A stretch of DNA of 64,000 nucleotides from Haplodiscus bocki (Eukaryota). The DNA is taken from the NCBI GenBank assembly GCA_965655095.1, contig OZ296654.1, positions 94,054,001-94,118,000 of the forward strand, in the 5' to 3' direction. The notes under the pieces are model-generated. The model worked only from the letters and a program-made list of their open reading frames with translations. It searched no databases and was not told the DNA's origin. Every line of letters begins with the position of its first letter. The first letter of the stretch is position 1. Positions 24,721 to 38,269 of this stretch are shown piece by piece. A program made the translations under genes and the position numbers.

Positions 24721-26160
24721 CTTGAGATTTGATGATATTTGAGACTTGAAGTACTCAATACAGTTCTGAAAAAAGCAACATAATATTGGAACACTTATTC
24801 TAAATATAAAATGACATAAGATCTTTTCAGGATATTACACAGGGGTATGAAAAGACCTTCAAAAAATCATTTCAGAAAATCACGAAAATTTTCACTTTTC
24901 TCCACACCTAGAGAGAAAATGTTGGAGCAACATCATAATTATATTTAGAAATAGAACAATTCAGTTCCCTGCCGCAATATTGGTGCCCAACGGATGAGAA
25001 AGAGGGAGAGACCGGCGTCAAAATTTGATCTCGCGAAGTAAATTTCAAAACATAAGCATCAAGGATGCTAGGCAATGAGCAATAAATTAGCACAATCAAG
25101 CAAATTACCACGCCGGCAAGTTATCACTCAACAGGGTTATCAAAATTCAATTTTCAGGTGTGAAAAAAAAGGAATCAATTGGTCCTACGCTTCACTTAAT
25201 GTCTGAAAAATAAAGCGTTTCAAAATGTTTTGCCGTCTCAGCCTTCAGCAAAAAATTCAAGTGGTACCAAATTTGAGGATAACGCTGTTCATTGTTTTTA
25301 CTGTACTACTAAGGTGCGAACAACCCTTTTCCATTCATTAGGGACAGAAAAACACCGTATTTAAGCGAATTGTAGCCGCAGCGCATAATTTTTGGGGCTA
25401 AATTTTGCGCCCTCAATTCATATGCGGCCAGTCGGAAAAATTGGGGTGACTAATTAGTCCACCTCACAGAAAAAATATGTGGGGTCGAATTACTCCGTGT
25501 TGACTACGTATAGATACTAATACAACCTTAAATGCGATTTCATGTTTCAATTATTGCATTTCATGACGATTATTCAACATTGAGCGGCAAAATTCAACTT
25601 TTGTTTAAATACAATTTTTGGTTGCGCTTAAATTTGTATGCGGCCTAAATTCGAACAAATACGGTACGCCCCAAAAATCAATCTTTTTCTGAAAAACTGC
25701 GGGGAAAAATGTTTTACAGCCCAAAACTACAACGATAATAAGTCTGAGGCGATCTCGTATTTTATATTTTATACTTTTTTATACTTGATAGTTGAGCCTC
25801 TGTCTCATTGTCAGGTTGAAAAAAAAATCGCTCCAGGTACACAATTTCGAGAAAACTAATTCATCTAAACTAAAGCATTTTTGAGGTTTTGTTGGCGTAA
25901 AACCAAAAAAAATTGTCTGATATTAATACTACACAGAAGTGAAGCTGTGCTTCGCAACACTTCCGCCAATAGAATACTGCTGATTCAACAATTAAGCAAA
26001 AATTTAATCACATAGGTATTTCTTAAGAACATATATACAAGAGGAGTGAGTACAGGGTTCGCGAACTCATTCTCTTTATTTTACAACAATATTTCTCTCA
26101 ATCCGGAAAGGTGCTATACTTCTGGATAAGATTTCGATTTTTATTTTTGTCACATTTTTT

Positions 26161-26210
26161 CAGATTCTGACGATGGTCTATAAGACCGAAAACATTTAAG
26201 ATAATCTTTT
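26161..26210 (+). ncRNA. Minimal hammerhead ribozyme motif in the Penelope pLTR (mutated second copy at 29650-29690)
   Basis: CTGACGA (26167-26173), T, stem II GGTC-tataa-GACC, GAAA (26188-26191); stems I and III look degenerate. Confidence 0.6.
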
Positions 26211-26909
26211 CGATATCAAATTTCGAAACGATTTTGCCCAGCAAAGTTATCCCCCTGACTTTTGGAGAAGTCAATGTTGCACCACTATCTCGGAGCGAGT
26301 GTTCAAGAGCGACTCACCAAAATCACCATCGGGGAAGTACCTGGCAAAGCACTCGACATCAGTATCGGATTTTCAACCCTAACAATAAGTTCTAGGACAA
26401 GGTAGCCCAGAATTGGTTGGACGGTGAGTTGAAGATATCCCCAAGTGAGTAAATCAAGCGCTTGTTGAAGTACAAGGACCGCATTACCTGCACTGTGTAC
26501 TCTACTCCCACAGGGAGGGTAACGAGGACAGTTTTCAAAAACTCATTGAGAAAACAGGTATCTTCGTCCCTCACGCGGTCACGAACTTGTCATCACAGCG
26601 TGACGGTCAAGTCACCGAGTACAATCGAGAACTAGCGAAGTTGTACCCGTCCTCCATTGCTGAGTCGGACTTACTCCAAACGGTACACAACAACCTCGCT
26701 GACATTAGGGCACTCACCGAAAAGTCAAGATCACAGAAGGACAAGCCATCGAAAGAGAAGCAAAAAAGAAGCGCAAACTGGAGCACTAGGTTAGCAGAAC
26801 CATCTTCAGTTTTTGAAGGTTTTCAGCTTGCGTCTTTTTAAACATCAATGGGGACCGCCTAGTCACCAAATCTACAGACCCAAATCTCAGCGCGGTTCAT
26901 CCACTCAGG

Positions 26910-27135
26910 TGACTCCGGAGGGCGAGGCACCTCGAAGTTCACAATAGTGTCACAGTTGGGGAATCCGAAAGAGGACTCCGGAGGGCAAGGCACTTCGGGG
27001 TCCCGCACTCAAACACCTGCAGATAACCCGGCGGGGGACTGCGGAGGGCTTGTGATCTTGGAGTACCCAACAGCTGACACGGAGCACGACGATGAGGACT
27101 CCGGAAGGCAAGGCACGGCACCTCGGAGTCCCGCA
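26910..27135 (+). repeat. Four degenerate tandem units (about 60-65 bp period) inside the Penelope-like element
   Basis: gactccggagggc(g/a)aggcac...c(g/a)caat-type unit at ~26911, 26974, 27037, 27097. Confidence 0.8.
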
Positions 27136-30100
27136 ATTTCATTGCCCCTTTGACCTGTTAAAGTAAAGATTGAGTAAAGAAGGTGTGCATGATTTCAGGA
27201 GATACAAAAAATCCCTCATCAAGTCGACAAATTGCAGACAACGCATCAACTTCCTTCCATTGTGTCTTGAAAACGACCAAATATCGAAATTCGTGACCTT
27301 CAGGGTTTCGACAATGGGTGTTTGACCCGACCAGGGCGAACAACTTTCAGCGGCGCCTTTCGAGAAAAGAAATACACTCTGCTAAAAAGCAATTGAATGA
27401 AATAAACTCAGAAAGCGAAGGCTTGAGAGAACTTACAAGGCTTTCCCCAAAATTCTTGCCGTCATTGATCACACACTGCCGGATCATAACCAAAAGAGTG
27501 AGTGAAGAAAAAAAAGGCATAACGAGAAGCTGAAATCACTTGCAGGGCGGCAAAGCAAACCTCTAAATAGCATCGGTGACACTGTCAAGATACTGGATGA
27601 CCTGAAAATCCCCCCAAAAATCATGGAACACCTGTCTCTGGGACCGAAACAGCCTGTGCTTGTCAAGTTTAACGGAATGACAACCTTAACGGAATTCAGT
27701 TTCTTGCGCTAGTTGATTTTCGCCTTCACAACCTGAAAAGCAGTGGAACTCTGAAAGAGAAAGTAGATGAGGTAAACTCACCGGCACTATGCTACAACAA
27801 AGAGATGAAAAAGCAACGTGAGAACCCCTTGCTCAACACGGTCAAAAAGTTCCTGACTGAAAAGAAAAGGAAGGCAGTTCCGTTCGATGAAGGACTCGGA
27901 TTCTGCATCATGGAAGATGAGACCTAGCAACAGAAACTCAGAGACATCTTGGAAGGGCAACAGTTCGAGAAAGTACTCAGAACGGATAGGAAGAATAACA
28001 CTCTGGCCATTGACAAGAAAATGAACAAAAATTTCAAATTTCCGAGATAATGAAATCTGTTGTCAGCCTAGCATCTCCTTAGGAAAATGAGACAGTCTTC
28101 TCCATGGATGTAAAGAGCCTTTACACCAATGTGCCAGTGATGGAGGCCATCGAGCGGGCATGTAAAGCTCTCTTCACATCAGGAAGCCCGCCATCCCTGC
28201 CATGGCTAACATTCAAGTCGCTCATGGAGCTGGCAGTCAAAAATGTTTGGTTCGTGCGAGGCTGCCGGGTTCATGTGAGTGGTACATTCAGAGAGATGGC
28301 GTTGCGATGGGCAATTCTCTAGCTGTGATATTCGCCAACATTTGGCTGAAACAAATAGAGAACATAGTCGCCGCGGAAAGGTAACCAGGCCCAGCATAAA
28401 GGAACAACAATGTACCCTTCCACTTTGGAAAGTGTGAGAAGAAAGTATCTCGAGCAGTGTACTCAATCCCTTGCAATGACTGTAAGCGCTGGTTCCACAG
28501 AAGATGTCCCGGGTTGTCCCTCAGGAGATTAAATAACTGCCCAACCCATCGAAATGGCACATCGGTTGGGTCCAGCTGAGGAAAAATCTCCCCTGTGAAC
28601 GCCAAAGTCAATGGACTGTATGTGGAAGACATCCTGAGAACTGCGAGAGAGTCAGAAATAGAAAAAATCGACCTCCACAGCAATATACTTTAAACCAAAT
28701 GTTAAATTTACGGAAGAAACTGAGAGACGGCAGCATGCCGTTCCTCGATATGAAGGTAAAGCTGAAGGAAGGGAAAATCACAACATCTGGGCACCAGAAG
28801 TCCACCAGCACACGACTGATCCCTCAATTCAGAGTCCTAGCCCTCATGGTTCACAGAAAGAACATCACAGAGGCGACCAAATACAGGATCATCAACTCGA
28901 TGCCAACCTGGGACAAATTCGTGGAAAGTATGGACTCGGCGATGAAAATCTGGGAGGCAAATCAGTATACTCCAAAGTTGTACCAACCGTTGATAAGAGC
29001 AACATTGGACAAGATCCTGAACAGTAGAGCTAAGCCTTTGTCAGAGCAACCAAAACCCACCAATACACACCATGCTTATTCTGCAGTACAGGGGAAACGA
29101 GAACAAACACTTCTCGATGATACTCCGGAGAACAACCAATGTGTCCGTGACCTTCACCACTCAAAAGATGAAAAGGGCACTGCCCTCCCTCAAAGCACTC
29201 GTCCTAAAAATGTTGCTGAGTAATGTTGTCTACCAAATTATTTGTCCTGGAAGTCAATCCAGCTACGCTCGGCAAAATAACCGCAACTTGACAACGAGAA
29301 TTGAGGAGCGCGCTCGGCCGACTAGCCACGTGGGGGACACCTAAAATCCTGCAACATAAAGATGGAAGAGGCCGAAATTCAAGTCATCGACAGAAACAAC
29401 AAGCCCATTAGGCAGCTGACTCTAGAAGTCCTGCACATATCGCCTAGAGAACACTCCATAAATCAAAAAGACGGGTACAGGGCTCACCAACTCACTCTCA
29501 GAGTAACTTTTATCATTACCAGCTTTGTGTCTTGATAATTCTATACCCACAGCTTTGTTTATATAACAAGACTATCAGTCTCAATCCAGAAAGGTGCTAT
29601 ATTTGTAGATAAGATATTAGACTTTCATTTTCGTTTTGTCACATCTTTTCAGATTCTATTGATGGTCTATAACACCGAAAGCGTTCAAATTAAACATTTC
29701 GATCGCAAGTTTTTTTAACGTTTACTCGCCAATTGAAAATGTCGGAAGTTTCCGACTATGAAAATTTTCCATCAACGAATGGTACCAAATGTTCCGTGGA
29801 ATGACACTGGAATGATGAGATTTTTCAAATGCGCACGGAAGTTAGTTTTTTTGGAGGAAAAGCCGTGTCGTGTTTGAAAACCCGGTTTTTTTCCGAATCG
29901 GTACAGGTGGCACATTTGCCGTAGAATGCCTATAAAATGATGTTACTTCTTGAATTTGTCTTTTTCACCATAACTTGGAGGTTTCCTTGAAAAACGAATA
30001 AAAATTTTTGAAATTTGAAAAAATTAGAGAATTTCCTCAAGAAACAGTATTAAAACGTTTACCATTTTCCAAAAAGCATCTTTGTAGAAGTTGGAGGGCG

Positions 30101-30699
30101 GAAAAAACGGAAAAAAGCCAATGGTAGCCGATCATCTTGTTTGTAATTCAACCAATCCACTAATAGCAATCATTCAGAAAACCAATGAGAAACGATCCAA
30201 TAAGTCTGTTCGACATGTGTAACAGAGATGAAGCAGTTCTTCGCAAACACTGCAAAAACCAAATAACGAAGAGAAAAATCTTCAAGCAGAACACAGAAAA
30301 GAACTCGGATTCGAAATCAATCTTTATCGCACTTATCATTTCCCCGACTCAATTCCTCCTAGCTACTCCACAGAAATTACACGCCGCGGTGGTTCAATCA
30401 GAGCTCGATTGAGCCAATTCTACCACCAATATTTGAGAAACAACTTTATCGAGGAATGATTTTTCGATTACTTCCTAAAAGTTTTGGCAATCAAAATGGA
30501 ATATACGAGCTCCAAGCGACTTCACGGACGCTGTGAGTCAGATATGGTTCAATAATTAACGCTGGATGAAGTCAATCCTACCATTTTTAGGAAAACATTT
30601 TTAAGAAAATCGGAAAAAAGAAGAGTTTGATTTTTCTATTGAAAGGTTATTTCTTCCGATCCATAGAAGGCCACCCACACTTTCAAAAGTGTCATAAAA

Positions 30700-33400
30700 G
30701 GCCACAACGTCGGGGAAAGAAATAGATGAATACGGTTAAGACAGACACAAGTCATCCACTAGTTGATGAGAAAAAGGTAATGAACAATGAAAGTCAAAGG
30801 ATCATCCAACACTCAATTACATTGATTTCTCGGGATTCAAGTATGCACAGGACCATCCAATCTATGAAGTATACCTTTTAATGTCGACACTTGAATGGGC
30901 GCTATACGGCCGCAATTCGACCACTAGTTACTAACTAGTTACTAAGAAAAACTATCCTAACGTATCCTAACGAACAACGTGAGAGAAAAAATTCGAACTT
31001 TCCAAAAACTAAACAATTTTTTCACAAAATATAAACCATCCAAGCTAAAACCGCAACACTCTAGTCAGTGATTAGAAGATTGAGCTCTAGATAGAACCAA
31101 TCTGACAACTGAAAAAAAGTTTCAACGAACAATGTGAGAAACGTCTTCGACATTTCAATTACAAGTCATGATTTGTTTGAACGAAACATGAAATTAGAAT
31201 ATCTAAGCTACTCCATGGAATCTCTGGTTCATCAGCAGTTCATTCAGTTAGGGCTAGAAGGACCCAATCAAGCCACTAGTTATTGAGACGATGACGCTCA
31301 TCTAACAATGCAAGCAAAACGATTTCCGATTTGTCGAACACAAGTTGACAATTTCCGTTACAGAGTTACCAAATCCACCATCCAAGCTACACCGCAGACC
31401 CTCTAGGCTATGAGTAGCTGAAGAAGCGCTAGAAGTACCCAGTTAGGAGAATAAGCACTGATAACAACAGTTCTATTGAACAACCCAGGAAACTACATCA
31501 CCAACTTTTCAAAAACAAGTCAAGATTTTCCGCAGTAAAATTCATCATCACCGAAAAAAACAGTTTGGAGCATCTCATGATTCGAATTACAGTGACTGAA
31601 AATGATATGGTCGGTGTGCTTTGCACCAGCGATATCAACTCAAAGCGTGGCAACAACAAACTCTTCAGTAGGAAGACGGCCGGCAAAGAATTTGCAGTTA
31701 TGTACGGAAAGTGTCAGCTTATCCAGATTTCAGGTCTTCTGTTTATCGCAAGTGTGACACAGATGCAAAGCTGTGCTTTGCAACAGTGGCCACACTACCA
31801 ACTCCACTCAGATCTGACAGTTTTGAGAGAAAAACAACTCGTGTCAAAACTAACCGGAATCAAAATTTTCAATTATGAATCAGTGGGCAAGGAAACGAAG
31901 GATGAAACGCCCTTTTGGTAACGAGAACGTCCAACTACTTCCCGATCAAGACGCGACACACTAACTTCGATCAGATTGATAACAGTTCGCGAGAAAAACA
32001 CTCTAGAAGAAAAGCGCGACTCAGAACTTCTTTCCTTTAGAAAAACAAATAACAATAAAGTGAATAACAATATACTTGGATGAAAGTGCAAAAAAGACAA
32101 TTCACGCTACTTAATGAGCTTTCTAAGCAACAAATTGTTGATTTAACAGTGCATGGATAAGATTCCATTCCCTGCCCTAAAAAGCACCTTTCAATAGAGA
32201 CGCAATTGGAAACATCATTGATTTTCTGATTACAGATTTTCTGAGATTTTGCAGACAAGAAGTACTGAAGAGACCACCCCTATGCCTCTGAAGAATCTAA
32301 ACAAAACACCTGATTGAAATAAGTTCAGATTACCGCTGGATATGCGCAATTCCACCAAAAGCCTCCACGAAATTGACTTTTGACGGACGGCGAACGTAAA
32401 AATCTTCAAACTTCAAAGAAAAATTGAATTCTTTGGCAACGGAGTAAAAAGCAGAGTATCCCAGTTAGTTCTGAAACCGGCCGCGAATCGGGTAGTCCAA
32501 TAAAGGCTAGATAGAAGCAGACAGACCACTCCTCTCAATGAAATCGCTTGTAAAGAACGCCGCAAGCGAAAACTCATGATTTTCAAGTAGAAGTCTACAT
32601 TGTTCGAAAAATGCAACGAAGTGGACCTTCCCTGCAACTGCTGAGATGTTCAAGCTAGCAAATAGTCAGGTAGGCGTCGGATAGACCCATTTGATCAAAT
32701 AGTTTCCAAGAAAAGCACCTTTAATGGAAGATATAAATTGAAAAACTCATCAGATCTTCAAAAACAACTCAAAATAATTCGCAAAAAATAGAAACCAAAC
32801 CCTCCCAGGCCGTCAACAGAACCATTAACTTTCCAGTTACGAAATTAGCGCTTGATGGATGCAAATGGATCAAAAGTTTCAGGAAGAAAAAAGATTGCTA
32901 AAGAAGCCAATATCTGAAGTTTTGAAATTCCAAAAAAATGAATTGAGAATTTTGCCTTAGTGTACCTATATATGAACTCTCTACTTATTGACATTATCAC
33001 ATAAATAAGACACGTGATCAATTATTTACACCAAAGCAAGTGAATAGATTTCAAACTTAAGCAGGAAGGCAGACTTTGTCAGCGAGTTGCAGACGCACGG
33101 AAAAAACGAATGGCGTCCGAAATACAAACACTTCGCTTTGGTTGCTCGCTCGTGTAATAACGCAGTCGCAAAGTGGAACATCGCAACATACTCCAACTTC
33201 TGAGTTGAAATCAAAGATGAAGTTGACTCATGGAAGGTTCTGCGAGACCTTTGAACCTTCAACGGATACATGATTGAGCCTTTTAAAAACTAAACCACAA
33301 GCATATCAGCAGTTGCTCGAGAAAGTCGAATTGAGACAAGTACGCGTCACAATGTCTTACACTCGAGAGGTTGATAAATCAATGATGTCTTTTTAGATTC
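30700..33400 (+). repeat. Decayed unclassified repeat; related segments at ~60700-60900 (+) and ~62800-63700 (-)
   Basis: catccaagctac...ctctaggctatgagtagctgaa (31379) matches the reverse complement of 62800-62850; cgagttgcaga..cacggaaaaaa..cgctcgtgtaat is shared by ~33083 and ~60799. Confidence 0.5.
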
Positions 33401-33419
33401 CCTATTTCGCTCAATATTC

Positions 33420-34100
33420 TTAGAGATTTACACTGTCAAAACGCAAAAATGAACAATTCTAGGTGTCCCAAAAATGAAACTGAGAAAAAATTGAGCTGCC
33501 AAAATGAGAAATTAGTCAACCCCACCAAAACATATTGAAAAATTGTATACCTCACTTGTCAATTATGAGGACCGCTGACTTTTAGTTAAAACATCAATGC
33601 ATAATATCGCCTAGATAAGTCTAAACAAGTTCCAGAATCTTAACCTAATGTTATTTTCATAAATTTTCATTTTCAGGAATTTGAAAGTCAGTGGAGGCGT
33701 CAACTTTGATAATTGACAGGCGATATGTGCCAACTTGCAACAAGTTCCGATGTCTTGTTCAATAAAATTATATATTTTGAGAGCTGGATCTTTTTTTGGG
33801 GACACCTAAAGCGTTTCCCTCACTGTCTCATATTCAAAACATTATTATGTGAAACATTTCCTTTTAGAGCACTGTTTTCATTTTTCTGACTAATGCTGAA
33901 ACATTTTGCACTTTTCAGAACGCATAAATAAACAAGTACCTGCCAAGATGTTAAAAAGGGCCCTCTTTCATTTTTTACCCTAGATGACTAAACTATCTCA
34001 TGACAAAAATGCAACTTTTGGACGCCATGGAAAAACTGCAAAAGCTGTTTTCAGTACACACTACAGTGTTGCCTTCGGTCAGAATGTGTGAAAACAGTAA
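33420..34100 (+). repeat. Dispersed repeat, copy 2 (related to ~6550-7230)
   Basis: Same colinear blocks as copy 1. Confidence 0.8.
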
Positions 34101-34249
34101 GAGTTTAAGCTTACACAAAAACATTTGAATTAAAGGCATACATGAGACGTGACAAAGCTTCAAATCCAAAAAATCACTTCCATTTCTAGCAATTAGACGA
34201 GAACAAGAAATGAAAGCATATCGAGACAGAGACTTCGCACAAAATCAAG

Positions 34250-34486
34250 TCAAATTAGCTTCGCGGTTTTTGCTGCTCCAAATTTTGTTCTGGTCAATTT
34301 TCTGCTGCCCAATTTTTTGTTACTCCTCTGCTTTTGTCTGCGATTTCTTGCCTTCTCCTGCTTTCTCATAGTTGCAAAGGAGTCTTCAGCTTTCCCATCC
34401 ACGACCATCGGCGCATTAATTTTCAGTGCCTTTTTGCCTGATTTCAAGACTTCTTTCTTCGGCTCTTTACTTTTAGTTTTGGCCAT
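34250..34486 (-). CDS. 78-aa small basic protein
   Basis: Very Lys/Arg-rich ORF; shares RNRRQKQRSNKKLG and AAKTAK with the 23674..24720 protein; acceptor-like aatttcag 15 nt upstream of the ATG. Confidence 0.55.
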   Translation of the reverse strand: MAKTKSKEPKKEVLKSGKKALKINAPMVVDGKAEDSFATMRKQEKARNRRQKQRSNKKLGSRKLTRTKFGAAKTAKLI

Positions 34487-37400
34487 TACTTACCAAAAAA
34501 CCTGAAATTCGAATAAAGGAAGATACAACAGAATAGCTTAGATTCGCCGCGGCCCACTATCTGGACGCGAAAGAAATCTGGCAACTTTTGGGTATGCAAA
34601 GGAAACTTTTCAGATTTATTGATTCACAAAAAATGATGGGTATATGCACAGGGAGGCATCGAAAAATATTGAAGCTTGAGATTCTAAGAGAATATATTTT
34701 TGAGACTAAGAGGCGAAAAGAAAAAAGCATGGAGCAATTCATCAGCTTATTAAAAGAAAATGTACTCTCGGGGATTCGAACTCATTCCCACAGCGTTACT
34801 GCAATTAAAATGAGGAAAAAGTCCTCCCCGAGCAGAACTTGCAGAAATATCTACAATGCAGCCCCACAACTACTTCGGACGTATAGTACTGATTTTAATT
34901 AGGTGAACTCTGGAGAAAAAATTGAGCAGCTTTGAAACTTCTTTTCTCAAAGCACAATGGTTTTAAGAGAACAGTGCAATCAAAACATTCTTGGATTTTT
35001 CACGAGATTTTCAAGTGTTTTTAATTCTGAAATCGCACCGATAGCTGAAAGGTTATGGCGGATTTCGGCCATTTTTCACAAAATTAGAGATTTTTCTCGA
35101 AAACAACAGAAGATACAGTAAAAATGTTCAGATACCATTTTGTAGCTTTGAATCTGTCCCAAATTCTTTAACAATTTCTCGGAAAATGAAGTCTTTAAAA
35201 GTTTACACTAAATAGCTGAAGTGAGTTTCCCATACTATAAGTTATAAAGGTTAATTTTCTTCGAAGTAAAAATCTCAAAAAATTATTCAAGTCTATAATT
35301 ATTTTTAGGCGAGATTCAAGGCTGTAAAACGCTGCATACTGTGTCTTTTTACCTTTTTCGAGGGCTGCAATTTTGAAGTTTACAAAACCAGGACAAAACA
35401 TAACAACCTTGGAAGAATCGAATTTGCCCACCATGATTTTTGGGGATGGTGACGGTTCATTTAAGAGCATTACATTAAAATTACATATCCATTTGGCCGC
35501 TCAAATTCTCCAAAAAGTGCAAAATGCCGAAAATGGGGAGTCTCAAAATTTGTGAGTTTTTTAACGATTTTGATGACAATTAAAAACGTTGCAACTTTTG
35601 ATCCTTGCCGGAAAATTTGCCCTTAGCTAAATTATTTTCCCGCTACTAGTACTAAAGTTCACGGAACGGCGGCACCCGTTAAAGTCTGAACACCTTCACA
35701 GAGGCAAGGTATTTACCGAAAGAGTATCAATGATCCCAATAGCAACAACGGTATTAGCCGCGGCCTTCTAATCGATTTTTGATCAGCTCATGCAGTCCCC
35801 TAGCACTTTGACTGTTCGGTTTAATCAACTCTTCAATCCAAGAAACAAGATCGTCCACAAAGAAATCAATTAACGTAGTTTAAAAAAGTCCGATCACGCA
35901 TAACTCGACAAAAGACGATGATTAAAGTACAAATTATCTTTGAGAAAGACAATAGCTGTAGAAGATAGAAACAAAAAAAAAACAACACAAAGGCTTGGGG
36001 CCGAATCTCAGCTCATGTTAACTAATTTTTTTTTCTCTCGGACTATTACTAACGTTTCAAAGTCCAAAAACAAACAAAAAACATGATATTTCTATCACGA
36101 CTTAACGAAGACGCTTTTTCGCCCTCTCGGCTGCACTCTCATAGCCCACTCCTGTCGGTCTCTCTGTTGCTTCAATTCGCTCCCGTGTTTTGCTTCGTCC
36201 TCCACAGTCTGCTGTGTCATTCGTGCGTTCCTCTCGGCGGTGCGGCCGCTTGCTAATGAATTTTGGCGAATATTGTTATTACACTTAGTCACCCCCTGTT
36301 TTGAAGCCGGTGTGGGCTTCCATTGTTCTTTTCGCCGAAGCGTCGCTTGCGCTCGAAGCGGCGGAACAGTTTTAATGCTTGGACTATTTATAGCCAGGAA
36401 CTAAAAAAAACTTTTTGCTTAAGAAGACGCGCGAGTCCAAATTAAAAATGCAAATGTTACTTCGATCGGAAAACGCTGTTTCATCTACGGTTTGAAGTGG
36501 CTGAGTCAGCCTTTACGATTAGGTGCAGCTCGACGCTCAGCGCCAAAATTTATCAAGCAGCGAAGTTGCTATAAGGATGACTGACTGCATGAAAGAGAAA
36601 ATAGTTCCCATCTTAAGACATAGGTCGATAGGGAAAAGGCCGGCCACGGCAGCCTGTTGACCAAGAGACCAAAAAACCGACATTGGCCGAGAGACCGCGT
36701 CAAGGGGGTCTTGCATTATCGCAAGGCCGTCCCCTTGGCGAATCATCATGCTAAATGGGTTGAATTATGGGGGATTATGGGGTCAAAAGCGCCTAAAATT
36801 GCTGATTTTACACAGTGGAGCGGGCATTTTGAGGTGGAGGGTCTCAAATTTGATTATTTTTAGTGCCTAACATAGTTTCATATACCTCCCTTTGCTTTGA
36901 ATTAATTTGCGTTCATCCCTTCTCTTTCCGGGGGTTGATGGCGTAAAAGTTGAACATTTACCAAAATTTGCATAAATACTGATTTCTTGAACTTTCGGAG
37001 CCGAAATCTTAGCTCCGAAAAAAATATCGGAAGTTTGTTGATCAGTTTTGTGTAAAATGGTCTTGAGAGCAATCAGGCCAAGCTTGAGCAAAATCGGGCC
37101 CATTTCCAGCAGGGGGAGACCAGGTTTTGCACAGTGGGGATTCTGTTAATTTGGGATTTTACCAAGTTTGAAACCCTTTTTCTCGACGCAGGGAAAAGAC
37201 ATCAAAAACAAGGAGGAGTTATGTGTATGATGGTCTCAGGAGAAATCATGGCCAATTCGAGCAAAATCTGGCCCATGTTGAGCAAGGGGGAATATGTTTT
37301 GCCATGCAGGGTCTATCAGGCCCCATTTGCGCCCGTTTTTACCTACCACGGACAACAGGGTCCTGGAGTAGCCCAAAATAATCCTACGTAGAAGCCCGTT

Positions 37401-37668
37401 TTCTCAAGTTCACAGAGGTGAATCCCGTTTGCCACTATCTTTCTTAGTTCTCGAGAAAAATTTTCCGAAAATTGGCATTATTTGGTCATTTCCGCTTCAA
37501 TACATTGTCCTATGCACTGGTGGCTGCAGGGTATTGAAGTCGCGTATCCGGGTCGCGTGCCATTGGTGCATGGTGATTTTTCTTCGACCAGCGCACCTTC
37601 ATTCTGTTCCCCACATAAGACGTAGTCACACCTTCTTCCTGTAGTTTTTATCTTCGATTTTAAACACG

Positions 37669-38269
37669 ATGGCCTCGATTAATCCTGAAAATTTGTTGCA
37701 ATTCATCAAATCATTTCCGGGGGACAAAAAGGAGCCTAACGTTGACTATATAAATCCCGAGTGGCCAAGAATTTCTGTTATCAGCATGGGCGGCGGAGAA
37801 TCAATTGGGGACCGTCAGCCAATTTCCCCTTTCATCACCAGAAGATCGCTAAGTGATTGCGTCTCGCCTCGCCTATACGAGCTTTCTACCATGAGGGGAT
37901 TGATGCAGCAGTTCTTGAATCACCCTGTCGTGCGCTTCTATGCTTTGCGGGAAGGGTACAACGAAGTTTACTCCGCGGTGGCTGGCAGTTCGATAGCGCT
38001 GATGCGATTTGACCCGATGGATTTGGTGCCTCATCCGTTCCTGAACCAGGAAGGTGTTGGTGTCAACGGCCTATTCTCGAATGGAACGAAGGTATCACTG
38101 GCTCACACGGAAACTATCGGAGGAGGGGGACGAGCAACGCTTTGATGCTCCAAGTGCCGAAGAGCTGGATGAAATGACTTTTGAGGGCATCTATTCTATT
38201 CGAGATGAATTTGCGAGACCCGTGCATATTTATCATAACCATGTCAAAACCTCTCCGCCATATTCATAA
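37669..38269 (+). pseudogene. Orphan coding-like region (158-aa ORF plus overlapping frameshifted continuation), function unknown
   Basis: Higher GC than flanks, globular-looking composition, overlapping ORFs 37669..38145 and 38054..38269. Confidence 0.3.

Larger units (their letters stand above)
26025..29715 (+). mobile_element. Decayed Penelope-like element (RT plus GIY-YIG endonuclease) with direct terminal repeats (~26025-26225 and ~29447-29715)
   Basis: RT motifs MDVKSLYTNVP, QRDGVAMGNSLA, YVED (for YVDD), PFLDM; GIY-YIG remnant NVVYQIICPGSQSSY..RNLTTRIEE; repeated terminal block ctcaatcc(g/a)gaaaggtgctata...gatggtctataa.accgaaa. Confidence 0.88.

Noticed and set aside
34755-34800. tRNA gene (B-box-like gagttcgaatccc on the minus strand)
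   Set aside because: No cloverleaf or A box; at most a SINE fragment.
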